From Podarcis filfolensis (taxonomy: Eukaryota), in NCBI GenBank assembly GCA_964270895.1, contig OZ185453.1: 64,000 nt of DNA; one strand, given 5' to 3'. The position numbers and the translations under genes are program-made. Shown piece by piece: positions 35,401-47,985 of the stretch. Every line of letters starts with the position of its first letter. Positions within the stretch are counted from its first letter, which is position 1. The notes below the pieces were generated by a model that saw nothing but the letters and a program-made list of their open reading frames with translations, was not told the origin of the DNA and made no database searches.

Positions 35401-38400
35401 TAAACTTTATTTCATTACAGCCAAAAAAATAAAACTACACACCCAGCCACAACTCTGGTCCTAACACAGGAGTTGTGTGCAGCAGTGCGCCTGGTGTGTC
35501 TCCAACAGGGCTGCTGAGATGACCATGATCTAAAGAATAATTGGAAACCATAATTCACACACCAACAGAGAACAGAAATCTTCTGGAGAGAGGGAGGGAA
35601 ACTGAAATGATCTGCCGGTTTAGGTACTCTGAAAACATAAGCAGCATAGATGCCTACTTGTATTCTGAACAATCACATAGTTCTCCCTTCATAAGGTCCC
35701 GGTTGCATTTCCCCCCTCATTGATTCATTCAGTTATTTTAATTGCTGACTGCAGCAATAGTCCTTAAATTCAAAACGACGTGTTTACAAAGGACCTTTGT
35801 GGTATTCCCTTGCTAGTAGACTCATCAATATAAACAAGGGTGATGAAAGAAGAGAAGCTGGTTGAGTATGGATGAAGGAAGGAGAGAAAATGAGCCATCT
35901 TATGGTACCCTCACTGCTGTAATGCACATCAACTCCCATCAGCTACATTAAGTTCAACCAAAAACTCATGCTCTCCAAGCAATCACCTACATTAAAATGA
36001 AATCACCAAGCACAGTCCATCCCCACTCAAAAAATTAGAAGATCTAGATATACTTCTGCACAAAGATCAGAACATCAAACTCTAGGCGTTCATCTGTACT
36101 ACATACTTATTTCAGATTTATTTTTATTCCACAGCTTCCCCAGTGAGTAGGGGATCAAAGATTTGAAGTTTGAATTATTTATTTATATTAGATGACTGGT
36201 ATAAGTCAATGAAAGTACCATACCTGGAGGAGTTAGGCAAAAATCCAGAACTAAACTCATGTTCCATTAGACTCCAGTGATCTACATACAGGCTCCCTCA
36301 AGATCTAACCATTATTTTCTTCCTACTGCCACTATGCTAAGATAGCTGGACTTAACAAAAGTTTTGTAAATCTAGATTTATGCTCTTCCACGCTGATGCC
36401 AAAAGGAAACAGGAAGCAAATTACCAAACAAAACAAAGCGCTAAGCCACTGGAAACTGCAACCCACGCTAGCAACCGTAGATCCCATGTTTGATTTGTTT
36501 GAGGCGGGACTTCTGTTGGGAATGGGAATTCGCACTACTTCCAGTACAGGCCAGTTCACTAAGGAGACTCCACATAACGCCTCTTTTGTCTCCCTTACTG
36601 TTGAAAACGTACTTCACAAGCTTCCTCATGACTGGGGCTTTTCTTTCTCCCGCTTTTAATTTTGTTACTCTGCAAAGCACTGTGCCCATTGGTGGAGCGA
36701 CACAAATGACGAGGATGCAAAAATATGCAAACTGCCTTTCCCCATCATCAAATTACTTCACTGGAGACAATAAGCAGCCTGTTGCACATTTTTTAAAACT
36801 ACCATAAGATGAGGCATTGTAGACTTTACCTTCATCTGTCTTTCTTTCCTGAAGAGTTGGAATTTGCCTTTACAAACCCTTGATCAAGATGTTATATCTC
36901 ACCTTCAAAACCTGAAGCGCATGCACACACACACACACACACACACACAGAGGCAACCCATGTCTGTATATGGTAACAGAACCTCCAAAGTACCATTGCA
37001 TGATCTGAAACATCATCCACCATGCTAAAAATAGTCAACCCACCCCTTGAAGTCTCAAGAGACCATCTGATATTGCAGTACAGCATTAGCAAAGCTAAGT
37101 AGACATGAACGCTTAAAATAAACATCTCCACGGTGAAGACCAGAAGGCTGTCACACCCTTATTTTGCCCTCTGTGAAGTGGCTTGAGAGCTATACCTGAA
37201 GGAACATCCAGAAAGCTATTTTAGCTCAAGAACAGCAAACACCCAACTTCTTTTTTTTATAATATGCGGTAGAGATTAAGAACAACTAGGGCAGGGTTGT
37301 CATATTTTTCTTAAGGCATGGGCTACTGGCTTCTGAGAGTTAAATGAGAGAAGGTTTACAGCCACTGTTGAAATGAGATACCACGGATGTTCCTACTGAG
37401 ATTCCATTTGCTCAAGGGAATTTTTTTCTCCTGTTACTATTAACACAGGGTCAACTTGACGAAGCTGGTTGGGCAGCCATATCCAGGGATGAAGAGCAGA
37501 AATACTTCTTTTTTAAAAAAAAATCAAAAGCTTCTTTTAAGTTTTGGAATTCAATTGTGAAGATGATGATTAGGGTGACTTTAAGGAGGGGTAGAAACAT
37601 TCATGGAGGACACGGTATCAATGGCTAGTAAGCTATGACTGCTATATAGAATTTCCATATGCAGAGGAAGTATCTCTTTACATAGCTGATGGGACAAGCA
37701 GAGGCAGATGTAGTCCATCACCTCCATGCTCAGCTTATTAAGCTTCCCGAGGAATCTAGCTGTCTATAGGTATCATCATTACTATTCTTATTAATTCTGC
37801 TCAAACTGTGCAGCTGTCTCTCTGTGTGTAGAATAAAGCCAGCTTCAAACCATGGTTCAATATCCTGGCTTGTTCCACTGCTGGCAAGTATAGTGTCCTT
37901 GCTTGGACTACATGGAAAACTATGCTTAATTAGGGACTTTTGGTTTGATTGCTCACACCACAAACAAAGGAGAAAAGGGACTGACTGTAAGAGTTGGAAA
38001 ATGGTTCATTTTTGTCTTGGCTTAATAAACCTAGATGGGATCATCCAAAACCACGCCTCTGGTTAAGGAAAACAAACCGTGGTTAAAGGTTATGTCTGCA
38101 CAAGGTCACTGAGTTAAAACATGTTTTTCTATTTAGAAGCAAAAAAAAATCAGTTGGGGCGGGAGGAAATCACGCTTTTGAGATAAAACAATAAGTCATG
38201 TCATGTATTATTGCACAAAGCTACAAATATTATGACTGTCAACCGAACAGCATAGGCAACTAGCTACGGCAATTTTAAGTCTCACTGGCTTCAAAGGGAG
38301 CAGTGCTGCACTTTATTCTCCCACAGAAATCAATGTGACTTAAAGACTATGAGAATATTGCTTTTCCCATCTCACTGAGAGGCACTGCCCTGCTTTTTCA

Positions 38401-40158
38401 CTGCTGGGCTCTGCTTCTGAAAAAGTTCAGAGACACAAGTCGTCAAGTCAAGGATCTCTTCCTCGTTGTCATTCCCAAGTGTAAATAAGGACCCAAATAA
38501 AAAGTCATTAAATTGCTCAGCAATTTAAGATACAGGGTTGATTCCAGCCAAGTCATCATCATAGCATGATGACTGACATTAACAGACGTACGTTAGCTAT
38601 TTACACTAATGTCAGTGCGACTACTCCAAGTATGACTTAGTTGGATGACTACAATCCATTATCTGGTAGTACACTGTATGTTCAAATGTTTTAGATCATG
38701 CTCTTAGATAGTATAAAGGCTCTATTTAGTTGCAAAGCAATATGTTTTGATTCTTCAGAAGAGATTGGGATTATAAAATGAGTGGGAACTCTTAGGAGTT
38801 TGTATACTGCTTGTTCATTAAAAACCTTTAAGTGGTTTCCAGAGAATAAAATATGCATTTAAATTATCAGAGTTAATGATAAGTTAACCTAATAAATTTC
38901 AAAATCTAAATCAAGTCAGTAGTTAAAATATACATTAAAATATAAAATTATGTATTAAAATACATATCAACTTTACATATCTGGGTAGGCGCCCTTAAAA
39001 AAAAAAACTTTTAGCAAGTGAAGATAGACCAAACACTAAGCGATACTTATAAAACTTAAATCGGTTATTTGACATTGACTTTAATCAACGTCTCCCCAAA
39101 TCAACCTGCTACTCTAGAGTTCAAGCTCTGAATGGCATTCTTTACAAAATCCAAGCTTATTATTTCAGATATGGTCCCATTCTATACAAAAGTGTAAGAG
39201 GCAATAAAATCCTATTCATGTTTCGTCCCACTGTCCTCAGTGGGGTTGACTCCCCTGTCGGCATGCCTAGAATTTCTTCCCAAGAGATCTTAAAAACTCT
39301 CTTTCTAAACCATGGAGTCAATAAACATCATCAAAATAAACAGCAAGTGCGAGAAAACCATTTTCAATAGTGGCTTTAAAAAGGAGAAAACCAGCAGCAT
39401 GCTTTGCCATTAATCAAAATCGTGAAAATCTTGTTTGTCTGAATCCATTATGGCCCAATCCAATGGAACTGTGGAATATTTGGTTCAAATCAGTGTTCAG
39501 TGATGAATTCTGACCTAGTGCCCCTGAATTAGGTACTACTTTCTGAACCTTGTTTTCCCTCCTATTAAATACAGAAATAACCAACACGAATGATTTTGCA
39601 AGAAAGATAGCATTGTCATTGCTGTAGAAACAAAACCTATCTTGCCCATTGAGGAAGTCAACTGAGCACTCTTCCCTATACTGAGTAAGCCCTCTTCCCT
39701 ACACTGTACCTCCAAAAGAATACACAGCAATACAAGGAAAGAGAAATAAAAATCTGGAATGCCAATCTCTTGGGCATGTTAGTAGGTAGGTATATATTAT
39801 TCCTGCAGTAACAAATCCATTATCTCCACAACCAAAAATATGTGACCACAAGACTACATATTTTTCCAAGAAGAGGCACAAGACATTATTTCACAAATTA
39901 CTACACAGTAGGTAAAGATAACCTGATTGATTGCACCAATTTTCACCAAACTGGTTATGAGTTTCTGTATTTAAAACACTTGGGATGGAAATCTCGATGG
40001 GAGGAGATCGAAGTATGGAGTGCTTTGTCTGCATGTCTACATTGTTTTTTTATGCATAGAGCAAAGACATTTAACCTACTGAGAGAAGCTATATGCTAAA
40101 GTACCGGGCTTGGATCCAGACTTGCTCTTCCGCAAACAGAAGGGTTCCTTCTCTTCAC

Positions 40159-40306
40159 AGAATCATAGAACTGTAGAGTTGGAAGCGACACTAAGGGTCA
40201 CCCAATCCAACCCCCTCCAATGCAGGAATATGCAGCCGTCCCATATGGGGAATGAAACTGCCACCATGGCATTATCAACACCATGCTCTAACCAACTGAG
40301 CTATCC
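40159..40306 (-). mobile_element. tRNA-Ile-like-headed SINE with CR1-type tail
   Basis: Minus strand ggatagctcagttggttagagcatggtgttgataatgccatgg (A box) followed by the CR1 tail ttccaactctacagttctatgattct. Confidence 0.8.
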
Positions 40307-40594
40307 AGAAAAGTCAGAGATCCTGAGCATCATCATCACTGGAGGAAGTTGGTGGGGAGGCAAAATTCACCAGTCCACCAGTGTAGACCAGATGGACCAA
40401 TGGTCTGACTCAGAATAAGGCTGCTTCCTATGTTCCTATGTCCTCTGATCCTCCAGAGTAGCTCTTTGGGGACCACAGGGGCTGTAGGGAGGACGGCTGC
40501 AGAGCGAGTCAGCAAAAATCACCTCTCCTCTTCCTCCAGTGGTACATCCTGTGGGTGGCATCCCATGCTATCATTGCAACTGAAGCCTTCAGAC

Positions 40595-40632
<38 letters not shown>

Positions 40633-41891
40633 ACACACTCCTCAGGGTCACTAGACAGAACCAGCCTTCTGAATGGTGGCCCCTCCAATGCCAAACTCAG
40701 AGGCAAATGAACAGCATCCATAGCCATGGAACTGAGCAGAAGGCCATTTTGCACTCTCCAGATCCTTGAGAAAGAGGTCCTCTGGAGCGAGGAGGGGGAT
40801 TTGCTGATCAGGGATCAATTGCATTAAAACTTGAAAATCCTCTTTACCAACTAGTGCTTCCATTTTTGTCAACGTTCCTAGATAAGAGGGAATAGTCCTG
40901 GGAAGTTTTATTTTCAATTGAAAACATAACTAGTTATGACACAGTATAACAACGTGAGGCTTAAATTCACATTTTAGCTTCTCCCATAACCTTCAGCCCT
41001 CAGTTATAGTTTGAATCTCTCCCCCCACCCTTGCTGATGGGGCTGTTTTTCTCTTCTTCAGCCACCTGTCCAAAATATCATGGAACCAGACAGTGTTCAC
41101 AAATGACATCGCTTTCCATTTTTAGTACTTGTTGACCAAAAGAAAGCCAAAGCAGGAAGAAAACCCTTCCCTCACGCTTTGTCATCTGAAGTCTACTGAA
41201 TGGAGTGGAAGCTGGGTGTTTCTTCTGAAGTCTACTGCCTTTGGGGCTGCGTGCGTCTTTCTATAGAAAAAAAGCTTCGTAAAAGACGGTCTTCTTTTTA
41301 GCGTGCCCCATCATTACCTACTCTGCTTCTCCTTCCTCAGCGCAGATACTTCTGTTAGCAGAGAGTTTCCACTACACATTGCTTATGGAATGTCTTAACC
41401 TACTTTTGTGCTTGCTCAACAGCTCTGCCTGCTTTCCGCTTCTGTGTGTCTCCTGTTTCCTTTTCCTGACAGTGATCCTTGCATCCTTTGAAAGCCAACC
41501 CTGCTGTGGTGACATCAGCTGAGCTTCCACTTTTTAGGCTCTTTCCAACGCATTCCATTAATATGAGCCACGGGGTGGTTTTAACATCACATATCTTAAT
41601 TTCCTAGACAGCTTTAGATGCTTCGGGTGTCAGAAGGCTTTACGAGATGTCAGATGGTTTCACAAGAATGTTGTGCCACGGGTCATTCCTTTCCCTTGAT
41701 AATTACTAAGTAATTAACTGCAATGTAAAGTAGTAAGGAGAGAGGAATAGACAAAAGGCTCAACAGGGTGGAGTATATAGCAACCATCCTCCAAATATTC
41801 AAGTCAGGAGTCCTACGGGCCAGTGTAAACCATATTTAAAAAACAACAAAGCCCTCATAATCTGCAAAGAATGATTTAAAGCACTTATAGG

Positions 41892-42547
41892 TTCATAGAA
41901 TTGTAGAGTTTGAAGGAACCTGGAGCATCATCTAGTCCAGTGGTTTTCAACCAGTGTGCAAAAGGAAACACTCCAAATTCCCTAACTTTGCCCTGACTAT
42001 GTCGCGCACTGGTTTTCAACCAGTGTGCTGAGGCACCCTGGGGTGCCTTGAATGAAGGTCAACACTGGCCTCTTTCCCTCCTTCCTTACCTCCCTCCTCT
42101 GATGCCCTCTCACATCTCTGCCTCCCAAAGGCTGTTTAATGCAGCAGCCCTGGCTATAAGCTCTGCAGGTCAATTTTGCCTCTGAGAGGCACCTCTCTTT
42201 GGGGCAGAGGGGGCAGCTCAGAAATCAGGGGCGGCAGCAGCTACCCAGAGGACTCCCAGGGAGAGGGGAGAGGAGAGGAGGCTGAGGGAACACTCCACAA
42301 GTGAGGGTGTTCAAAAAAGGGTGAGAGGCTGCCAGCTCTGCAGGCAAGGGGTGACATAACTGGGCTCCTGAGCCCCACAGGGGTGCTGGAGAAAGAATGC
42401 AGTTGATCAAGGGAGCCATGGACTCAACAAGGTTGAAAACCTCTGATCTAGGCCAACCCCCCACAATGCTGGAATACGCAGCTGTCCCATACATTGAGCC
42501 TGCAACCTTGACATTATGAGCATGATGCTCTAACCAACCAAGCTATC
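41892..42547 (-). mobile_element. tRNA-Ile-like/CR1-tail SINE split by a hAT element
   Basis: Tail half 41892-41937. Head half 42446-42547 ends atgctctaaccaaccaagctatct. Confidence 0.75.
41938..42445. mobile_element. hAT (Charlie-like) non-autonomous element
   Basis: TIR cagtggttttcaacc / ggttgaaaacctctg. 8-bp TSD atctag(t/g)c at 41930-41937 and 42446-42453. Confidence 0.85.
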
Positions 42548-42590
42548 TAAAAGGACTTAGCATTATTTAAGGAAACAAGTCTTCTTTGTC

Positions 42591-42867
42591 CAGGAATGTC
42601 CAAAGTCCCTTTTGGGGCCTAATCCGGCCCCTGTGGCAGTTTATTTCCTGGGGTAAAATCCTTAAATAAAAAAAGCTAAACAACTCCAACTCTTAAAAAA
42701 GCTCAAAAACTTCAGTCCTAAAAAATGCTCACCAACTTTGGGGTAAAATCATAAAAAAGCTCACCAACTTCAACCTTAAAAAAGGTCAACAACTTTGGTC
42801 GGCCCTCACTCACAGCCCTTCACTTCATCAAATCTGGCCCTCTTTGAAAAAAGTTTGGACACCACTG
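42591..42867. mobile_element. hAT MITE
   Basis: Termini caggaatgtccaaag / agtttggacaccactg. 8-bp TSD tctttg(t/g)c at 42583-42590 and 42868-42875. Confidence 0.8.
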
Positions 42868-42904
42868 TCTTTGGCTAATGCTGTCCATTTCACCTCCATA
42901 CCTT

Positions 42905-43120
42905 GTGATGGCTGGCTCATGGGAGCTGTGAATTAGGAAATCTGTGGTTCAAATCTCATCTCAGCCATTAACTTCCCAGATGGCCTTAAATGGCAACTTG
43001 CCTCTCACCCTTCCTTCCAAAGCCCCATTACAATGTGGAGGTAATAATACTAAGGTACATTACAAGGCTGCTGTAGGAATTGTTGAGCTGGTGTATGTGA
43101 ATCACTCTGAGTAACAGGGC
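42905..43120 (+). mobile_element. Old CORE/MIR-like SINE remnant
   Basis: ggttcaaatctc (B-box-like) ... gtaataatact...ttacaaggctgctgtaggaatt resembles the MIR core and 3' part. Diverged. Confidence 0.5.
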
Positions 43121-45059
43121 AAAATACAAATGCAAACATCTTTATGATAGCTGTCAAGATATGCCAACGCTTGCAGTGCCTCCACAGTCATTACTCTCAG
43201 GAGGCAATTCTACCGAACACTCACTGGTGAAGCTGCATAGAATTAACTAAATGCTTAAAACAATTCACTGTTTACCCAGTCTGCACAAGTTTAACTCCCA
43301 GTAAAAATAAATAAATTACCTCACCATACCTTGTCAGTGAATATTGTATCAGCAGCAATGCATTTGACTTTCCCCTAATCAAAAACAATAGCTTTGTTCC
43401 TTTGCTAATCACTTGTACATGCCAGCACAAAACAATGTCGCTTTTCAGAACATTTATGACTTCCTCCAGAGGTTTTTCTGTTCTTTCCACCGATGACCAA
43501 CTTGGGACATCAGAACTCACCAGATCATTTAATAAAAACCTTTCCTGCAACACAATCTGTGCTTTCAACTATTTCTTCAGTCACGTACCCACACACATCT
43601 CAAAGCAAGGTTGGGTTGGTTAACCAGAGGAAAAGCAAAGTCAGTGAAAGCAGAATGGTTCCTTTTTGCCAATAAATACCAGATAAAAATTTGGCAGCAC
43701 CTGGCAAAATGCAACTGCTGAAGCTAAGGTGAAGTGATTTTGAGTACTCCCTGGAAGGAAGACCACCTGGAGGAGCCATATATACACAGCATGTAGGCTT
43801 TAAACAGATACGCCAGACATTTTTTTGAAGACTATTTTTAGGATAGTTATAATACTGGCAATATACTTTATATAATATGTACAATGTACATACCTTTGGC
43901 ATGTACATACACCCAGCCAAGCAACTCCAAAGTTACTGATAGTTGCTACGATTACTGCAGTGAATGGAATTGCTGGAGGGAAAATTGAGAAGGTCTACAA
44001 GACCACTGAATGCAACTCGCTCCCAAAACCTCACCTCTAAGATTGAGTCTATGCAATCCTACCCAAGCAGAGAGAAACCAAACCCTTTCACTATTACTCT
44101 ACTTAAGCAGGACTCATGCTAGCAAGGGCCAACTGTGTCATTTCAAGAAAATCAGCACTCCCAATCAGCTGATTCCATGGTTGGCACCACATAGTCCTAA
44201 GCCAAGTGCTTGAGTTAATTCAACATTACTCTGGCCATGCAGGAGGAGCTCCTCATGGAAAAGTATCTCCCTTATGGCTAAGCTAGCACTGAAAGGACCC
44301 AAAAATCATGCCAGCCACTCACTTTATGGGAAAAGCAATACTACACAACTAAAAGCAAAGCTGCTCACATCACCAGTGTGAAGGGGTACACACCCAATTT
44401 ATCACCGGTATTACACCATGTATTTCCTGAGGTCATGCAATTCTTCCTCACCTGAATACCTTTTGTTACTGAGCAGCATTCCAACTGATTTTCTCCTCAA
44501 GAACAGTAGGTGGCTAATGAAAGATGAGTGCTGTTCTTGTATTTGGTCCTACATTCAGGCTAAAATTAATTATTACTTTAAGTCCCATTAAGTATAGTAA
44601 GACTTGCTGGTCACTTTTGACTTAATTGTGTCGTAGATTCCAACAGGACTTGGTCACAAGCCACTTTCACCCGACTAGGGTCATGCAGTTCAGAGTTTTA
44701 CTATCCAGTGATCATGATTTGGGGAGGGGAGTAAAGTATACACTTAATGCAACCTAAATAATCCTCAGGGCTAGCCAGGTTGAGATGACAGAACTACCCA
44801 GTCAGAATTAACCACTATTACCTTTTATCTGTAGAATATTCTACAGTGTCAAGAACTTCGTTGCGTAAGCAGTAACTGCATCATGGAGTCATCTGATAAC
44901 AATGGCAAGAATGAAAGCCCCCTTGATTCCAAAGTGTTGCAGGACTCTTGTCTATCTCTCTCTCTGCACTCAATGCAACTGTCCAACTACAACCCACCAC
45001 CACCCGCAAGAATGTTCTGCTCTCTCTTAAACTGGTTACACCATGTGGTCTACTTCTTC

Positions 45060-45424
45060 GTGAAGGTAAAGGACCCCTGACAGTTAAGTCAAGTTGAGAA
45101 CGACTCTGGGGCTGCGGTGCTCATCTCACTTTACTGGCCGAGGGAGCCGGCATTTGTCCGCAGACAGTTTTTCCAGGTCATGTGGCCAGCATGACTAAGC
45201 CGTTTCTTGTGAAACCAGAGCAGCACACGGAAACGCTGTTTACCTTCCCGCCGGAGCAGTACCTATTTATCTACTTACACTTTGACGTGCTTTCGAACTG
45301 CTAGGTTGGCAGGAGCTGGGACCGAGCAACAGGGGCTCACCCCGTCGCGGGGATTCAAACCGCCAACCTTCCAATTGACAAGCCCTAGGCTCAGTAGTTT
45401 AGACCACAGCGCCACCCGCGTCCC
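45060..45424 (-). mobile_element. Sauria SINE, full length
   Basis: Perfect 11-bp TSD tctacttcttc at 45049-45059 and 45425-45435. Confidence 0.93.
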
Positions 45425-45440
45425 TCTACTTCTTCTTAAT

Positions 45441-45576
45441 GAGATAGCAAAAAATGTTGAGCATGGTGGCTGAAGACGCCAAGGTTGCAAGTTCGATCCC
45501 CGTATGGCACAGCATTGCAGGGGGTTGGACTAGATGATCCTCAGGGTCCCTTCCAACTCTAAAATTCTATGATTCT
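45441..45576 (+). mobile_element. tRNA-Ile-like-headed SINE with CR1-type tail
   Basis: acgccaaggttgcaagttcgatccccgtatgg (B box GTTCGATCC) joined to gcattgcagggggttggactagatgatcctcagggtcccttccaactct...attctatgattct. Confidence 0.82.
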
Positions 45577-46551
45577 AATTAAAAGAGGAACAACGAACAA
45601 GTGCCCAAGAGTCAAGTCCACCAGCCAGTCCACTCCACTTGCTGTGGACTGGAGAGCCCTTGATGTGAACAGGCACGGTGCTCTATAAAACTACTAGTCT
45701 TTCAGTAAGGAGCCATTATGTAATTAGCCAAATCCTGTCCTTTGCCATTATTTAAAAAATAACAATGCTCTAACCACTTGACCAGCCTTTGACATAATGA
45801 CTGGTCTACTAATCTATCAAGTTTATTACCAGCTCATCCTGCATAGATCCAACTGAAACTGTAAACATCCAGGCGCCTTGGCCCACCATTTTTCCATTTT
45901 CAGATTAGAGCACGCAATGCAATTTTTAAAGTCTATTTGTCATAGTGCTACATCAATTGTCACCAAGTTCTACCATTTCCTAATTCCGTACTCTCTTGAA
46001 GGAAAAAAAGGGAGCAGATGAATGCTTCGAAGATGACACCAACAGATGAAGTCAAGAAATAATTCAGATGCATCTCTGAAATTCTGTTCCCTTCAACCAA
46101 GAAGATAGTTTAACTTAAGATAATTATCTTCTCTGTGCCTTCCCCCTCCTCTTTCTTCTCTCAGCACTGGCATACAAACCATGCTATTTTAGCTTCTTTC
46201 CTGTTCTCCCAGTTCTTCTGGAACATTTTATTTTCAACAGTCAACTCATCTGGAATACTGCCATAGTGAAGTTCATCTATTACAATGTTAACTGTATCTC
46301 TCCCAGCAGAAGCTATCACCTTTACATTCAAGAATTTATTATCACTGCTCTAAATATTTTTATATATATTTAAAAAAGAAAAACATGGACAGAAAAGACA
46401 TAAGCCTGCTCTACAGACACTTTCACCCCAACATCTTTACCCAGAATTGCATATTCTTTTCCTGGTTATAAAAAGGAGAGATGCTTAACACTTTTAAGAT
46501 TTCCTAAACTTCAAAAGAAACATTGAATGGTTAGGGGAAGGCATATACAGA

Positions 46552-46552
<1 letters not shown>

Positions 46553-46590
<38 letters not shown>

Positions 46591-46591
46591 A
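46553..46591. repeat. (GAT)n microsatellite
   Basis: Visible GAT array. Confidence 0.95.
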
Positions 46592-47377
46592 GATGGAAGG
46601 ACAGATTTAAAAAAAACCCCGGTAACATTGTGAACTCTTGTTATCAGAAAAGTGCAAGTCTGAAAGGAGGAAAGATCAAAAGTGTTAATGCAACAAACAA
46701 ACAAAACCTAAGAATTGCCTTCCTTGATCAGATCATAGGAGCACATCTGTCTGTTCCCAATAGTATCCAGGCAGATACTGTACACTGGGAACCCATGGAG
46801 AAACTTCCTTCCCCATATCTTACCTTGTACCTGATAATCAGAGATGTCTACCCTTCTGCTATGGATAAGGTTAACTTAGTTAATTAATTTCTTATCCACA
46901 CTTTACTACAAGGTGCCAAGGCGGGTCACAACAATAAAATATGCCATTATGAAAATAGCTGTTCATGGATCTATAAACTTGCCTAAATCTTTAGTCACCT
47001 ATGCTTGTGGCTCCTGTATTTCTCATAGCCAAAGACTTCATGAGTGCTATCATGAGCTTCAACATCCAATGTAGCATTCTGTATTCCACCTTACTGTATT
47101 TCTTACGGAAGTGGGGATTATACATTTATAAATAAATTAAGTAATATTCACCCATGGTTCAGATATTTAAGTACTGGCTGTGCCCAATATTTTGTAAGTG
47201 ACAAATACTTTTTTTTAAAAGTGTCTGTTGCAACACTGGTGTGCCGCGTGAACTTTCTTTTACTCGTATTAAAAAACAGCCTCCGTGAACTGGTCTATTG
47301 ATCAACTAGTACACTGTTGCGATGACTCCATAATTACTCATTGCAAGAGTAAAAGGGTTTCTATAGTTCGCCTAAGC

Positions 47378-47513
47378 CAGTGGTGGCCAAACTTGGCCCT
47401 CCAGCTGTTTTTGGACTACAACTCCCATCATCCCTAGCTAAAAGGACCAGTGGCCAGGGATGATGGGAATTGTAGTCCCAAAACAGCTGGAGGGCCAAGT
47501 TTGGCCATCACTG
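47378..47513. mobile_element. hAT-like palindromic MITE (136 bp)
   Basis: Long near-perfect TIRs cagtggtggccaaacttggccctccagctgtttt...ggactacaactcccatcatccct. 8-bp TSD g(c/t)ctaagc at 47370-47377 and 47514-47521. Confidence 0.9.
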
Positions 47514-47919
47514 GTCTAAGCAATGCCCCAACTTAATGCAACAAGAGGGGCTGCCATGGGTGTTGAAACATTAAGCCACCCTGTTGCACGCATGTAACTA
47601 ACCTGTGCCTCTAGCAGGGCCCTTCAAAGCATTGATTCTCATACACACAACATTCTGCCAATATAATAGCAGTGACATTTTTCCAGGGATGGAGTAAGGA
47701 TGCACCAGGATTCCCTGATGCAGCTTGCGCTCCAACTGGGAAGTGACAGAGGACCTCCCCAAAAATACCATTCCCTAGAAAATATGGTAGCTGTGCTACC
47801 CCAGAGTTGAAGGTGAATGCCTACCCCTTGGTTAAGATGACATAGGTGTCTATTTTAGTGCAAGAGTGAAACGTGCCTTGAAGTTAAATACAAAAATACA
47901 ACAATCCTCTTGGAATCAT

Positions 47920-47985
47920 ACCATTGTAGAGTTGTAAGGGACACTAACGGTCATCTAGTCCAACCCCCTTTCAATGCAGGAATGA
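47920..47985 (-). mobile_element. CR1-type tail fragment
   Basis: ccattgtagagttgtaagggacactaacggtcatctagtccaacccc...caatgcagga. Confidence 0.7.

Noticed and set aside
37100-37650. Possible old CR1 fragments
   Set aside because: Similarity by eye is too weak to set boundaries or family, so they are not listed as features.
43272-43920. Minus-strand ORFs with splice-like signals (24-nt ERFLLNDL and 45-nt GKVKCIAADTIFTDK candidate micro-exons)
   Set aside because: Peptides not recognised, competing splice interpretations, and no supporting neighbouring exons.
46160-46350. Minus-strand stop-free stretch SDNKFLNVKVIASAGRDTV...AWFVCQC-stop ending in a CXC motif
   Set aside because: About 60 codons with no start codon and no Rab or other domain context. 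Compatible with chance.
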